A stretch of 64,000 nt of DNA, taken from NCBI RefSeq assembly GCF_006345805.1, contig NC_043005.1, positions 98,084,001-98,148,000 on the forward strand, given 5' to 3'. The translations under genes were made by a program, and so were the position numbers. Below, piece after piece: positions 37,192 through 49,889 of the stretch. The notes under the pieces were generated by a model. The model searched no databases and was not told the origin of the DNA. It worked only from the letters and a program-made list of their open reading frames with translations. The first letter of the stretch is position 1; each line of letters begins with the position of its first letter. This DNA comes from Octopus sinensis. Taxonomy: Eukaryota.

Positions 37192-40100
37192 ATGATCAAG
37201 ATTGGTTGTGTAAATGCGCGTGGCTTGGGGTCCCCTTGGAAACAAGGGTACCTCTTAAATGACATAAAGTCACATAAGTTAGAAATCATAGCCATAAGCG
37301 AGACCAGACTCCACAATCCGCGGGCCCTAAAGACCATGTTTGGCAGACAGTTCAACATTTATTTTTCCCCCTGTCTGCCGAGAATGGGCGGTAGTGGCAC
37401 CGCGGTACTTTTTCACAAGAGTCTGGATCTCAAAGTAAGGACAATATTCGTAGACCCGGAGGGTAGACTGGTCGTCCTGGATGTCGACGGCAGCAATGGG
37501 TGCGCTTTTCGACTCGTATCAGTTTACGCACCGCCCTTAACAGGTCGGGCGGATTTCTTTCAACGTCTAGAAGTTTTCTTGGGAACGTCTCGTCCTTTAC
37601 TCTTAGTGGGGGATTGGAATGCTACCTTGGACACGCATGTAGACTACGTGGGTAGAGATAGGAATAGACAGGGATGCAAATGCCTCAGAGACCTGCTCAG
37701 ACGCTTTCAACTGTCTGACAGGTTCCGACTAGACCACCCGAATGCGCCAACGTGGACATGGAGCAACCGCATCGGGTCGTCGAGATCGTATCTAGATAGG
37801 ATACTATGTAGGACAGTAGATAGAGATAGCATAGGATGTCCACAATTCCACATAGTCAGCTACACGGATCACAAACTTGTGACATGTACGCTAGACTTAG
37901 GTAAGACACTTAGGCAGGGTCCCGGATACTGGAAACTAAACGCGTCTTTCCCATCGAGACAAGTTTTCAGAGACCGGATTAGCACACTAGTAAAGAGGGC
38001 TTTGACGGGAGCCATCATCAAACAAATGGTGGTTTGCCCTCAAGAGAGCAGTAAAAGCAGAAGCGATTAGGTACAGCAAAGCACTAGCCATAGATAGAAA
38101 TAGTAGAGGGTGAGCTAGTTAAGAAGCTAGAAGAGGCAATTAGAAGCGGCATCGCATCCGACGTTTTGGCGGCGAGGTTGGCCCTCGACCAACACTTCAA
38201 CGCCAAACACGAAGGATGTGCTGTCAGAGCTAGGATGCGTGCTCTAAGAACGAAGGTGTTGGAGCCGCGAGAGAGGCCCGGGTGGAGAGGCGCAACAGGG
38301 CAACAAAGCCACCATTCGGTCACTGGTAGATGAACAGGGGCGCGAATTGCTCGAGCCAAGTAAAATGTGTGAGGCCTTTCAGCAGCATTTTGCCCGACTG
38401 TTCGGAACGAGTGGAGGGCAAGAACGTAGGGTGGACTTCAGTGCCTACCTAAATAGCCTACCACGACTCTCGACAAGAAAGGCAGGTGCTGCGAAGGTGC
38501 CATCACGGCGGCGGAAGTGCGGGAAGCGATGGCAGAATGCTCGAGGGACAAATCACCGGGTTTGGATGGTCTACCCTATGAGCTTTACAATTGTATGCCA
38601 GACTTGTTTGGAGATCTCTTGGCGGCGGTGTACTGCAACTGGCAGCAAAACGGGAGCATTCCTGGTTTTGTGAGCCGAGGAGCCGTAACACTGCTGAAGA
38701 AAGATCTAAACAGGGAAATGTAATAGATAACTTTAGGCCCATCACTCTGCTTAATGCAGACTTGAAAATTTTGGCCAAGGTGCTAGCCAAGAGGTTGGCG
38801 CTTGTCATCGAGAAACTGGTCGACAAGGCGCAAACATGCGCCGTGCCAGGCCGGACCATCCATGACAACCTCCATCTGATGCGCTACACATAGACAGGGT
38901 AGTTAACGAACCTGGCATGGGTGGGGCCCTGATCAACTTGGATCAATCGAAAGCCTTTGATAGGGTAGACCATTGATACTTGGAGGCAGTCCTGAGAGCG
39001 GCTGGTTTCGGTCCCATCTTCCGCGGCTGGATAGCTGCCTTGTACAGAGGCATCCGTTCGGTAATTCGCGTAAATGGACATCTATCGAGACCTTTCGACA
39101 TTGCACGTTCGGTCCGTCAGGGATGCCCCCTCTCGGCGCTTCTATACGTATGACTCTTGAGCCACTACTGCGGAAGCTGGCGACTCTAAGGGGCATCCCG
39201 CAAGAATTGGGATGCGGGACGAGCGTGTCTGCATACGCGGACGACGTCACCGTCATAGTGTCTAGCCACGAGCACATCGAGCTGGTCGGCGAGACACTGA
39301 AAAACTACGAAGCGGTGACAGGAGCGAAAATCAACCGGGAAAAGTCAGTGGGCTTGCGACTAGGCACCTGGAGAAGCAAGCCCATGCCGTCCACCAGCGC
39401 CTCCGTCGTGGGACGCTGGACCGACGGCCCGGTTGAGTTGCTCGGGGTCTGGTTTGGTCTGGACCTCCAAGTGGAGAAGAACTGGAACGAGATAACGAGT
39501 AGGGTGGTCACTCTCGCCCGGCTATGGGCCGATAGGAAACTGTCCCTAAAAGGTCGAGCGGAGGTGGCGAACACGTACATCGCGTCCGTCATCTACTACC
39601 GCCTGACCGTCGTACCTTGTCCCGACCCTACCATCACCAAACTACAACGCATCCTCTTTCGCTTCTTGTGGAAAGGATGCGTCCCGATGGTCAGGCGATC
39701 CATTTGCTGTCAACACCCGTTAAAAGGAGGGCTGGGCATGCCGTGGTTGATGATGCGCAGACACGCGCTGAGACTGCGACATCTCTGGCTCTATGTAGAC
39801 GACGGTGAACAGGTGTGGTCGCCGTTTGTGAGGCACGCTTTCCCGCAGCTCGTCTCCATGACCGAACTGCAGTCGTGGATCAAAAAGAGGCCGAGGAAGG
39901 GCGAATGGCACCGCGAGAGTGTCGCGTTGCTCTCAAGCAACTCTGCCGTCCTGGGTCGACCTTAAGTGACTTCAACACAACCAAAGCATTCTATAGGGGT
40001 TTAGTGGAGGGGAGGTACGACGACGAGCTCGGGGCGAACCTGGACGTCGACGAGGAGTACCTGACCCGCCTGTTCAGGACGACTTTCGGGCCAGGGCCCA

Positions 40101-40609
40101 TGGACAACTTCCAGAGATCCCTGGCCTGGCAGTGCTACCGAGAAGCGCTACCCGTTCGGGATAAGCTCTACAGACACGGCTCGAGAAACACGGGGCCGAG
40201 ATGCGGTCAGAGCGACGAAACCGTTCTGCACGCACTCGTTCAGTGTCCAACAATTTCCGACCTGTGGGCTTATGTCGAACAACTGCTGTCACGTGTGGGA
40301 CGAGTCGGTTTATCAGCTGAGTCTATCGTCAATATTGTCACGCCTCCTTCCTTCAAACGGGAAGGAAGAGCTATTTTCATCATCCTTGTGGCTATGGCGA
40401 AAGAATGTATCTGGTGGACGCGTCTGAAAGGATTGGAAACAAACACTTTCCTCTCTGGTCAATCTCTCATCAACTTCTTCAAGTACCACTTGAAAAGAAA
40501 GTGAGAGTAGAGAGGCAAGTTTTGTCTAGCGAATGTTTTAAAAAAAGATGGGTGAATGTAGCAAGAATGGCACGTATGAATGACGAAGCCACCTTGAGCA
40601 TAGTCCTAT
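37192..40609 (+). pseudogene. Tx1/L1 ORF2 (APE endonuclease, RT, C-terminal Zn finger), frameshifted
   Basis: VNARGL, SETRL, VGDWN, YLDRIL, TDHK, GYWKLN, KSPGLDGL, FRPITLLNADLKIL, DQSKAFDRV, RQGCPLS, YADDVT. Confidence 0.93.
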
Positions 40610-41003
40610 GAACCCAGAAATCGTAAACAGAGAGTTGCTTATTTGCAAAAAAAAAAAGAAAAAAAAAGAATATAAAATGTGACTTCATTGACCGAGGTTA
40701 CCGTGGTCTTTTCTGTAGGCTTTTCTTTCCACGGGTAAACCTCACCTGTCCTCCCCTTTACACTTCATATTGACATTTCTGTGATAACGATCCCTATTGA
40801 TCATTTTTTTTTCCTCTCCCCCTTTTTTTTAACCCCCCTTTTTTTTGTCCTCTTTCTCTCCTTTTACGATCCCTTTTGATCGAAACTCCCCCTTCCTTTT
40901 TTTTTTTTTTTTTTTTAAACCTTCAAAAGTAAAGCTCTACCTTGTAATTTGTTCTATCTGTGTGCAGCCCTGTGTGGCTAATAAAGAAACATATCTATCT
41001 ATC

Positions 41004-41559
41004 GCCTGAAAGGATTAGAGACAAACACTTTCCTCTCTGGTCAATCTCTCATCAACTTCTTCAAGTATCACTTGAGGAGGAAAGTGAGAGTAGAGAGGCA
41101 AGTTTTGTCTAGTGAATGTTTAAAAAAAGATGGGTGAATGTAGCAAGGATGGTACGTATGAATGACGAAGCCACCTTGACTATGATTCTATGAACCATAA
41201 AAATTAATACAGAGAGTTGCTTATTTGCAAAAAAAAAAATAATAAAAGAAAGAAATATAACATGTGACTTCATTGACCGAGGTGACCGTGGTCTTTTCCG
41301 TAGGCTTTTCTTTCCACGGGTAAACCTCACCTGTCCTCCCCTTTACACTTCATATTGACATTTCTGTGATAACGATCCCTATTGATCAATTTTTTTTCCA
41401 CTCCCCCTTTTTTTAACCCCCCTTTTTTTTGTCCTCTTTCTCTCCTTTTACGATCCCTTTTGATCGAACACCCCCCTTTTTTTTTTACCTTCAAAAGAAA
41501 AGCTCTACTTTGTAATTTGTTCTATCTGTGTGCAGCCCTGTGTGGCTAATAAAGAAGCA
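41004..41559 (+). mobile_element. Short 5'-truncated Tx1/L1 copy
   Basis: Matches 40422-40991; separated from the full element by only (TATC)3. Confidence 0.9.
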
Positions 41560-41592
41560 TATCTATCCATCTATCTATCTATCCATCTATCC

Positions 41593-41623
<31 letters not shown>

Positions 41624-41624
41624 C

Positions 41625-41655
<31 letters not shown>

Positions 41656-41696
41656 CATCTATCCATCTATCCATCTATCTATCCATCTATCTATCC

Positions 41697-41735
<39 letters not shown>

Positions 41736-41740
41736 AATCT

Positions 41741-42011
41741 ATCTTATTTCTTTAATGCCCAGAAGGGGCTAAACATAGAGGGGACAAATAAGGACAGACA
41801 AAGGGATTAAGTCGATTACATCGACCCCAGTGCATAACTGGTACTTAATTTATTGACTCCAAAAGGATGAAAGGCAAAGTTCACCTTGGCGGAATTTGAA
41901 CTCAGAACGTAAATAAAGACGGATGAATCTATCTATCTATCTATCTATCCTATCTATCTATCTATCTATCCATCTATCCATCTATCCATCTATCTATCCA
42001 TCTATCTATCC

Positions 42012-42050
<39 letters not shown>

Positions 42051-42245
42051 AATCTATCTTATTTCTTTAATGCCCAGAAGGGGCTAAACATAGAGGGGAC
42101 AAATAAGGACAGACAAGGGATTAAGTCGATTACATCGACCCCAGTGCATAACTGGTACTTAATTTATTGACTCCAAAAGGATGAAAGGCAAAGTTGACCT
42201 TGGCGGAATTTGAACTCAGAACGTAAATAAAGACGGATGAATCTA
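41741..42245 (-). repeat. 315-bp-period tandem duplication of a 5'-truncated SINE A in (TATC)n
   Basis: atcttatttctttaatgccc at 41741 and 42056. Confidence 0.88.
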
Positions 42246-42248
42246 TCT

Positions 42249-42295
<47 letters not shown>

Positions 42296-42869
42296 GTCTG
42301 TCGGTCTGTCTGTCTGTCTGCATACTTGCATATCTGCCTCTCTATCTACCTGTCTGTCTGTTTCTTTTGTATGTCTCTGTCCGTCCGTCTGTCTGTTTAT
42401 ATGTCTGTCTATCTGTCTGTCTGTCTGTCTGTCTATTTCTGTCTCTGCCCCTGCCTCTCTATGCATATTTATATATGGAGTGAACAAGTCTTAATCTTTC
42501 CATCAATTTATAATTATAAATTGATGTAAAAAATTACGAAACAATTATAATTGTTTCATGTGAATTTGCTCTCATCAATGTAGCCATATTTTACATTAAT
42601 ACAGACAACTATTGATTTTGGAGGTGTCATTTGAATGACACTTTACAAATCAGACTCATCAGAATTATGCATAAAACTCAATTTGTAGGAACTTGAATAA
42701 TCAAAATTCACACCTGTGTGGTAAGAAGTTTGCTTCCCAACCACATGGTTCTGGCTTCAGTCCAACTGTTTGGCACCTTAGACAAGTGTCTTCTATTATG
42801 CCTTAAGCTGACCAAAGTTTCATGAACGAATTTGGTAGATGGAAACTGAAAGAAGCTAGCTATATATAT

Positions 42870-43030
42870 ATATCGTAACTCCACCGTCGTGGAAGCCTTC
42901 TGAGTGGTCAATTCCGCTCGTGCGAATATCACTCAACATCTGCACGGGTTCACCAATTATCAGTGAGTCAGGTGACATTTCCAGCCCATGTAAACTTGCT
43001 GTGTGTATATTCTACGATCCAGAGAGGAGT
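42870..43030 (-). pseudogene. Diverged RTE ORF C-terminal fragment
   Basis: SKFTWAGNVT*LTDNW*TRADVE*...PLRRLPRRW resembles the RTE WAGH..R..DNRWT..GRP..RW region. Confidence 0.55.
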
Positions 43031-43084
43031 GGACAGCGTGCTGTGACCAGCGGTGTCAAATGGACGCCCGGCAGAATGGTCGGT

Positions 43085-45070
43085 CATGGTGATCATCATC
43101 ATCATCATCGTTTAACGTCCGCTTTCCATGCTAGCATGGGTTGGACGGTTCAACTGGGGCCTGGAAAACCCGAAGGCTGCACCAGGCCCAGTCAGATCTG
43201 GCAGTGTTTCTACAGTTGGATGCCCTTCCTAACACCAATCACTCCGTGAGTGTAGTGGGTGCTTTTTACGTGCCACTGACACAGGTGCCAGACGAGGATT
43301 GCGAACGGCCATGCTCGGATAGTGCTTTTTATGTGCTACTGGCACAAAGGCCATGCAGGCTGGCAATGGCCACAATCAGATAGTGTTTGTTACGTGCCAC
43401 CGGCACAGAGGCGAGGCAATGCGGCGCTGGCTACGGCCATGTTCGGATGGTTCTCTTACGTGCTACCGGCACTGGTATCACAACTACAAATTCCATTGAT
43501 GTTGATCGATTTTGATTTTGATTTTCACTTGCCTCAACAGGTCTTCACACGTAGAGTTTTGTGCCCCAATAAGGAAGGTATGCACAGGTGGACTGACTAC
43601 GTCCCAGGTAGAGGCCACGGGTTATGGCCTCACTTGCCCTGCTGGGTCTTCTCACGCTCAGCATACTTCCAAAGGTCTCGGTCTCTTGTCATTTCCCAGG
43701 TTTTCCTGGGTCTACCTCTTCCACAGGTTCCCTCAACCGCTAGGGTGTGGCACTTTTTCACACAACTATCTTCATCCATTCTTACCACATGTTCATACCA
43801 GCATAGACGTCTCTCTTGCACACCACATCTGATGCTTCTTAGGCCCAACTTTTCTCTCAAGGTACTTACACGCTGTTGGGTATGAACACTGACTTTACAC
43901 ATCCATCGGAGCATACTGGCTTCATTTCTTGCAAGCTTACACATATCCTCAGCAGTCATGGCCCATGTTTCACTGCCATGTAGCATGGCTGTTCGTACAC
44001 ATGTGTCATACAGTCTGCCTTTTACTCTGAGCGAGAGGCCTTTTGTCACCAGCAGAGGTAAGAGCTCTCTGAACTTTGCCCAGGCTATTCTTACTCTAGC
44101 AGTTACACTTTCAGCACACCCACCCTCTGCTACTAACTTGATCACCTAGGTAACGGAAGCTATCAACTATTTCTAGTTTTTCTCCCTGGAATGTGGTGGA
44201 AGATGCGCATTTTCAGTGTTTATTGCTCCTGAGCATCTGCCACATACAAAAACTATCTTCCTAGTTAGCCTTCCTTTGACATTGCTGCACCTCTTATGTG
44301 TCCATAGCTTACACTTGGTGCTTCTTATAGAGTTCCTACCTACGCCTTTTCTATAGATCGAGCAGGGCCATCTACCTGAAGGTGTTTGTGATTTGTCTAC
44401 CTTCCTACTTATTTGGACTTTGGTTTTAGCTAGGTTGACTCTAAGGCCCTTCGATTCTAATCCTTGCTTCCACGTCTGAAACTTCTCCTCCTGTTCTGAT
44501 AGTGACTCAACAATTAGAGCAAGGACATCAGCATAGAGGAGCTCCCAGGGGCATCCTGTTTTGAATTCCTCCGTTATTGCCTGGAGGACTATGATAAATA
44601 GGAGGGGGCTTAGGACTGAGCCTTGGTGGACTGATATATATATATTTATATTATAATGGAGATGTACTTGCATAGCAAGTGACCTAATCTGAGATTGTAA
44701 GCTGGAACGAAAACAATTGCAGCGTGGAAGGTGTTTATAAGCCATTTAAGAAACACAGACTGAGGAGCATAGGCAAAAATGAATGTAACTATAAATTTAC
44801 CTATGTTAAGTTTCATCCTAATTACCCTATCACATACTCTCACTACCTCAATTACCTTATATACCCACTTTTCTGGTAACAGTATGCCTACACCACCTAC
44901 TCCATCCCTTCTGCCAACCCAGAAGAATTTGAATCTGTCTCTTACCCATGAGGAATCTAGCTGAGGTTCTCCTCCATCTTACTTCTTGCACACCACACAC
45001 ATCAACATGCCACTGCCCTAACATTTCAATAATTTCCCCACTCCTTCCTTTCATTGTAGCCCTGAGATTG
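43085..45070 (-). mobile_element. RTE LINE with ~1.65-kb internal deletion and a later insertion
   Basis: MKGRSGEII..VQEVRW, AYAPQS joined to VHQGSVLSPLLF, then C-terminus and tail. Confidence 0.9.
44635..44757 (-). mobile_element. 5'-truncated copy of the 8679-8884 element, with TA tail and 6-bp TSD
   Basis: gactga at 44629-44634 and 44758-44763; body matches 8790-8884. Confidence 0.8.
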
Positions 45071-46051
45071 AGTACTTGAGAGTGGTGGTGATAAGGTAAT
45101 TGTGGAAACTTTTGTCATCACCTGCAAAGAAGATCTGTGGAAATACTTGCCAGCTAGCATAGAGCTTTGATACATAGTTTATTTATTGAATTACAACGAA
45201 TCACAGTTTTCCCCACCTTGTCCATCATCTAGAGCAGTGGTCTTTTGATCACTCTAACCACCACCACCACCACCACCATCATCATTTTATGTCTGCTTTC
45301 CATGCTGGCATGGGTTGGACAGTTTAAATGGAGCTTGCATGGCAGAAGACTGGAGCAGGCTTCAGTGTTTGTTTTGGTATGGTTTTTACTTAAGGTGTTG
45401 GTCAACCACAGAGCATGGTGGTAGAAGACATTTTCCCAAGATGCCATGTAGTGGAATTGAACCCAGAACCGCATAGTTACAAAGCAAACATTTCTTAACC
45501 ATGCATACATAAAAACACATCCCTAAAATACTGGAGTTAAGCATCCCTTAATCTCTCCTTGAATTTGCAACCGGGCTAACAAAAATTTTATTATTTATAG
45601 CAGTCATTTATTTAGTTGTGTATCCTTTTGAAGACATAATCTGTATGTAATAATTAAGCATTAATCAGCTTCTTGATATGAATTAACTCTGTTGGTGATC
45701 TATGATTCTAATTTAATTAGTTCAGGTGTTGCTCTTTCATAATTTAGTCTCTGCCCTTTTATGGTTTGTTTACCAGCACATCCATAATATATAATTAGAT
45801 CTAGTTCTTCTGGTATGATGTCAACTAATCGTTTATGCTGATTGCTTTTCATGTTGAATTAATCATTGTTACAATTATGAAATGATTGTTGTGAAAGTAG
45901 ATTACGTTACAAGTTGAAAAAATATAAATTAAAAACAAAAATATAGAAAAGTGCAGATAAACTGGAAGAGTTTAGCCCTAGGGACACAATCAGAGTTAGA
46001 GTTAGCATTGGAAAAAAAAATTTCTGTTTTCAAGTGAAGGGAAAATTATAT

Positions 46052-46275
46052 ATTTCTTTATTGCCCACAAGGGGCTAAACACAGAGGAGACAAACAAGTA
46101 CAGACAAAGGGATTAAGTCGATTACATCGACCCCAGTGCATAACTGGTACTTATTTAATTGGCCCAGAAAGGATGAAAGGCAAAGTCGACCTCAGTAGAG
46201 TTTGAACTCAGAATGTAACGGCAGACGAAATACTGCTACGCATTTCGCCCGGCGTGCTAATGATTCTGCCAGCTC
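46052..46275 (-). mobile_element. SINE family A
   Basis: Reverse full-length copy. Confidence 0.88.
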
Positions 46276-46699
46276 ACCGTGAAGGGAAAATTATAGGATG
46301 CTTGTAAATGAAGTGCAATGTGGAATTATTGAAAGAAATGGACAGTGAAGATGAAGGACATTTGAAGGCTAGGAAGATATGAGACAAGCATAGAGAAAAT
46401 GCCAGAGTAAAGAAACAGCTGTAAGGTGCATGAAAGAAGACTGTGATGATATACATGTGTGGTGAATAAGAAGAAGGGAAAATGACAGATGGGGCAAGAA
46501 GGGGCATGTGATGCTTGTAGAAGGGCCTGAGAAAGAGAGAGGATGATGTGAAAAGCAGTGGAGGCTGATCTCAAGATGTTGAAACTAAAGAAAGGAGATG
46601 ACAGGGGATTACAACAGGTGGTAAGATGCTGTGGGGGAAGAGCAGACTTGTTCAATCCATGCAAGCACTGAAAAATGAACACAGAATGCTGCTGCTTGT

Positions 46700-47090
46700 T
46701 TGTTGAGTGAAGCGGTCTTCGTCCCAGAGCTCACAAGATCACGCCTCTGTAGTGGGAGAAGTCCGAAACGTGGTTCTTTGCTATTCGTAAGACCCGTAGA
46801 AGAGAAAGCAGGTCAACCCCTGACACCGAAAGCATCGACGGATGGATGAATGCACATCCAGGCTTAGCAGTTGTGTAGGAAGTCGGGGATGAGAAACAGG
46901 AAGAAAGAGTGAGAGAAAGTTGGAATGAAAGTGTACAATAGGGGTCGCCACCACCCCCTGTTGGAGCCTCGTGGAGCTTTTGGTGTTTTTGCTCAATAAA
47001 CACACACAACGCCTGGTCTGGGAATCGAAACCGTGATCCTCCAACCGTAAGTCCGCTGCCCTAACCATTGGGCCATTGTGCCTCCACCGT
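46700..47090 (-). mobile_element. tRNA-derived SINE family D
   Basis: Head ggaggcacaatggcccaatggttagggcagcggac...gtttcgattccc; homolog at 47545. Confidence 0.8.
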
Positions 47091-47514
47091 TGTTGCTGCT
47101 GCTGTTGTTGTTTTTGTGTTTTAGCTCCAGGCTGATTCTAATTAAGGTGACTTATGATGAAATGCATTCCTGTCATGACCATCACAAATTATTTCTAAAA
47201 CAACCTACGTTCATAAATTCATTTTATAGAAAATGGTAGCATATGATGTGAGAGGAATTTGGTTTTTCTTTTTAGTATCACAAAGAAACTCCTTCATTAG
47301 TTCAAATGAACATAGTTAATAGTGGCCCTGATAATTTTATGAAAATTCGTTGTTTTCTTAAGATAATTTTTAATGTTTGTTTCTCATCAAGTCTAACATA
47401 TTTCTGTATTGCATTTTGTACTGCTTTGTTCCTTCATCATTTCTTCATCATCATCTTCATCATCATCATCATCATCATCATTGTTACCTTTATCCTCATC
47501 AGCAGTAGTAACAA

Positions 47515-47544
<30 letters not shown>

Positions 47545-47546
<2 letters not shown>

Positions 47547-47892
47547 AGGGCAGCGGACTCGCAGTCGGAGGATCGTGGTGTCGATTCCCAGGCCAGGCGT
47601 TGTGTGTGTTTATTGAACGAAAACACCTAAAGCTCCATGAGGCTCCGGCAGGGGGTGGTGGTGACCCCTGTTGCACTCTTTCGCTCCAACTTTCTCTCAC
47701 TCTTTCTTCCTATTTCTTGTCCCTGACCGCCTATGCAACCGCTGAGCCTGGATGTGCATTCATCCATCTGTTGATGCTCTCGGTGTAGGGGTTGACCTGC
47801 TTTCTCTTCTGTGGATTTTACGAATAGCAAAGGACCACGTTTCGAACTTCTCCCATCTTGTGAGCTCTGGGACAAAGACCGCTTCGCTCAAC
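47545..47892 (+). mobile_element. tRNA-derived SINE family D (inverted partner)
   Basis: gggcagcggactcgcagtcggaggatcgtggtgtcgattccc...gaccgcttcgctcaac. Confidence 0.8.
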
Positions 47893-48366
47893 AGCAACAG
47901 CAACAGCAGCAACAACAAGAATAAAAGCTTTTATTAAAGAAACAACAGGACAGCTGAAGAGAATGTATGATACTCATTATATTGTTTGAGCATGTCAAGA
48001 ATATTCATGTAAATTCCAGTGGTTCCAGAAATGACAAATACCACGTAAATATCCCCATCTTTAATAAAAGACAATAGAGATTGCAACAGTTCTAATACCT
48101 AGTTTTTAGATGTGGTAGTTCTTTGATTTCATTTAATATGTTTGATAATTTTTTTTATGTCTAATTTCTCCTGTTGGTGTTAAATCAATTTTTAGTAATT
48201 TCTGTAGTGTTTTGTGTTTACTGATAAATACGCGTAGTTCTCATTGTGTAAATAACTGTGACCTTATCATCTGACTGGCTAACACTTTGAGGATGATTTG
48301 TACTTTGGGCTATATAATTCTATGAGTGCATTTGTGTATGCATGTATTGTGTAAATATATATATAT

Positions 48367-48450
<84 letters not shown>

Positions 48451-48466
48451 ATACATACACAGATAC

Positions 48467-48505
<39 letters not shown>

Positions 48506-48546
48506 GTATATGTATATGTGTATATATATGTGTGTGTATTGGTATG

Positions 48547-48603
<57 letters not shown>

Positions 48604-48628
48604 ATAGATATATGTATAGGTATATATG

Positions 48629-48663
<35 letters not shown>

Positions 48664-49449
48664 AGATAGATAGATATATTTATGTATATATATGTATGTA
48701 TGTATATATATATATAAGCAAAAGATGCAAACATCAGTAAGAAAATTAATCGGTGCAGTCAACAAAAACGACCCCTGTGATACTTTTTCTTTGAATGCAT
48801 GAGAAAGATTTAATTATTGATGAGCTGGAAAACAAACTGCGAAAGGGAAGAGTCTAAATTATGAAAGAACACCACCTGAACGAGTCTAATTAGATTAAAA
48901 AATCACATTAATTAATGCATGTACAATGGCTGATTAATGCACAGAGGACCCGTTGTCATTTTTACTTTTGATCATGCAATGAGCCAGTGGTTGATCCATT
49001 GAAAATCAATAGCCAATGACAATTCTATTATTTGCAAAATGCAATATAAATTATAAATAACATTGCGATGTATCATTAACATTAAAGAAATGTAAACCAA
49101 TGTTGACCCAAGTAGGACTTGAACTCACAATACAAAGAAGATGAAGGTGAGTACTGTAGAGTATTAATGATAGTGTTCTATAATTTCTATCAATTCATCA
49201 ATGTGTAAGTCTCTGTGCAGTTACTAGACCTTCTAGAAATAACAGTGAAATACCTTCTTTAAGTGCACATTGCTATCTTAAATGGAATGACGCATTAGAC
49301 ACAGTAGTTCTAAATCTCTTATGCCTGAATAAAAGTGGAGAGGTCATGGATAGAATTCTTTTAATCTTAGATTTACTCAATTAGGGTAGTTCTGCAGTAA
49401 CATGTTACAGATTACAGTGTACATGTACACTGCAACATAATTTCTTTTC

Positions 49450-49725
49450 CTCAACAGGCCCTGCCCTATTTAACATTGCCCCGAAAGAGATCAAAGAGGA
49501 AAAGGATCCCATCAACTTTAAACGGAGTCTGGATAGATTCCTTCAAAGAATACCAGATAAGCCACCCATAATTGGATACAACTCACCCAACAAGAACTCA
49601 CTACTTGAATGGACCATAAACAAAACTTGACTTAAAAAGGATTCGAATAATCCTATCAGGTGGTGCTATTAAGTTAGACATGGCCTGGACCAATCTTTGG
49701 TTGAAACATATCTAAGTTTATCTAA
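49450..49725 (+). mobile_element. CR1-group LINE 3' end
   Basis: GPALFNIAPKEIK...FKRSLDRFLQRIPDKP..GY..NSLLEW, then a 3' UTR with atctaagttt repeats. Confidence 0.75.
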
Positions 49726-49728
49726 GTT

Positions 49729-49764
<36 letters not shown>

Positions 49765-49842
49765 CACACATATATATATACACATATATATATATAATAT
49801 ATATATATATATATACACACATATATATATATATACATATAT

Positions 49843-49889
<47 letters not shown>

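Larger units (their letters stand above)
33966..40991 (+). mobile_element. Near full-length Tx1/L1-clade LINE
   Basis: Gag-like ORF1, APE-RT ORF2 and a pyrimidine-rich 3' UTR ending aataaagaaaca|tatc. Confidence 0.93.

Noticed and set aside
42630-42665. Minus-strand CTGATGAGTC with a downstream hairpin
   Set aside because: No GAC-GAAA partner and no stem III.
46990-47090. tRNA-like sequences at SINE heads
   Set aside because: No complete cloverleaf or acceptor stem; they continue into SINE bodies, so they are not tRNA genes.
48812-48860. TTGATGA-GC...GC-GAAA...GTC degenerate HHR
   Set aside because: C3U, mismatched stem II and unpaired stem III; compatible with chance.
49680-49712. Hairpin + GAAACATATC at the CR1 3' end
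   Set aside because: No CUGANGA core; better explained as a LINE 3' stem-loop.
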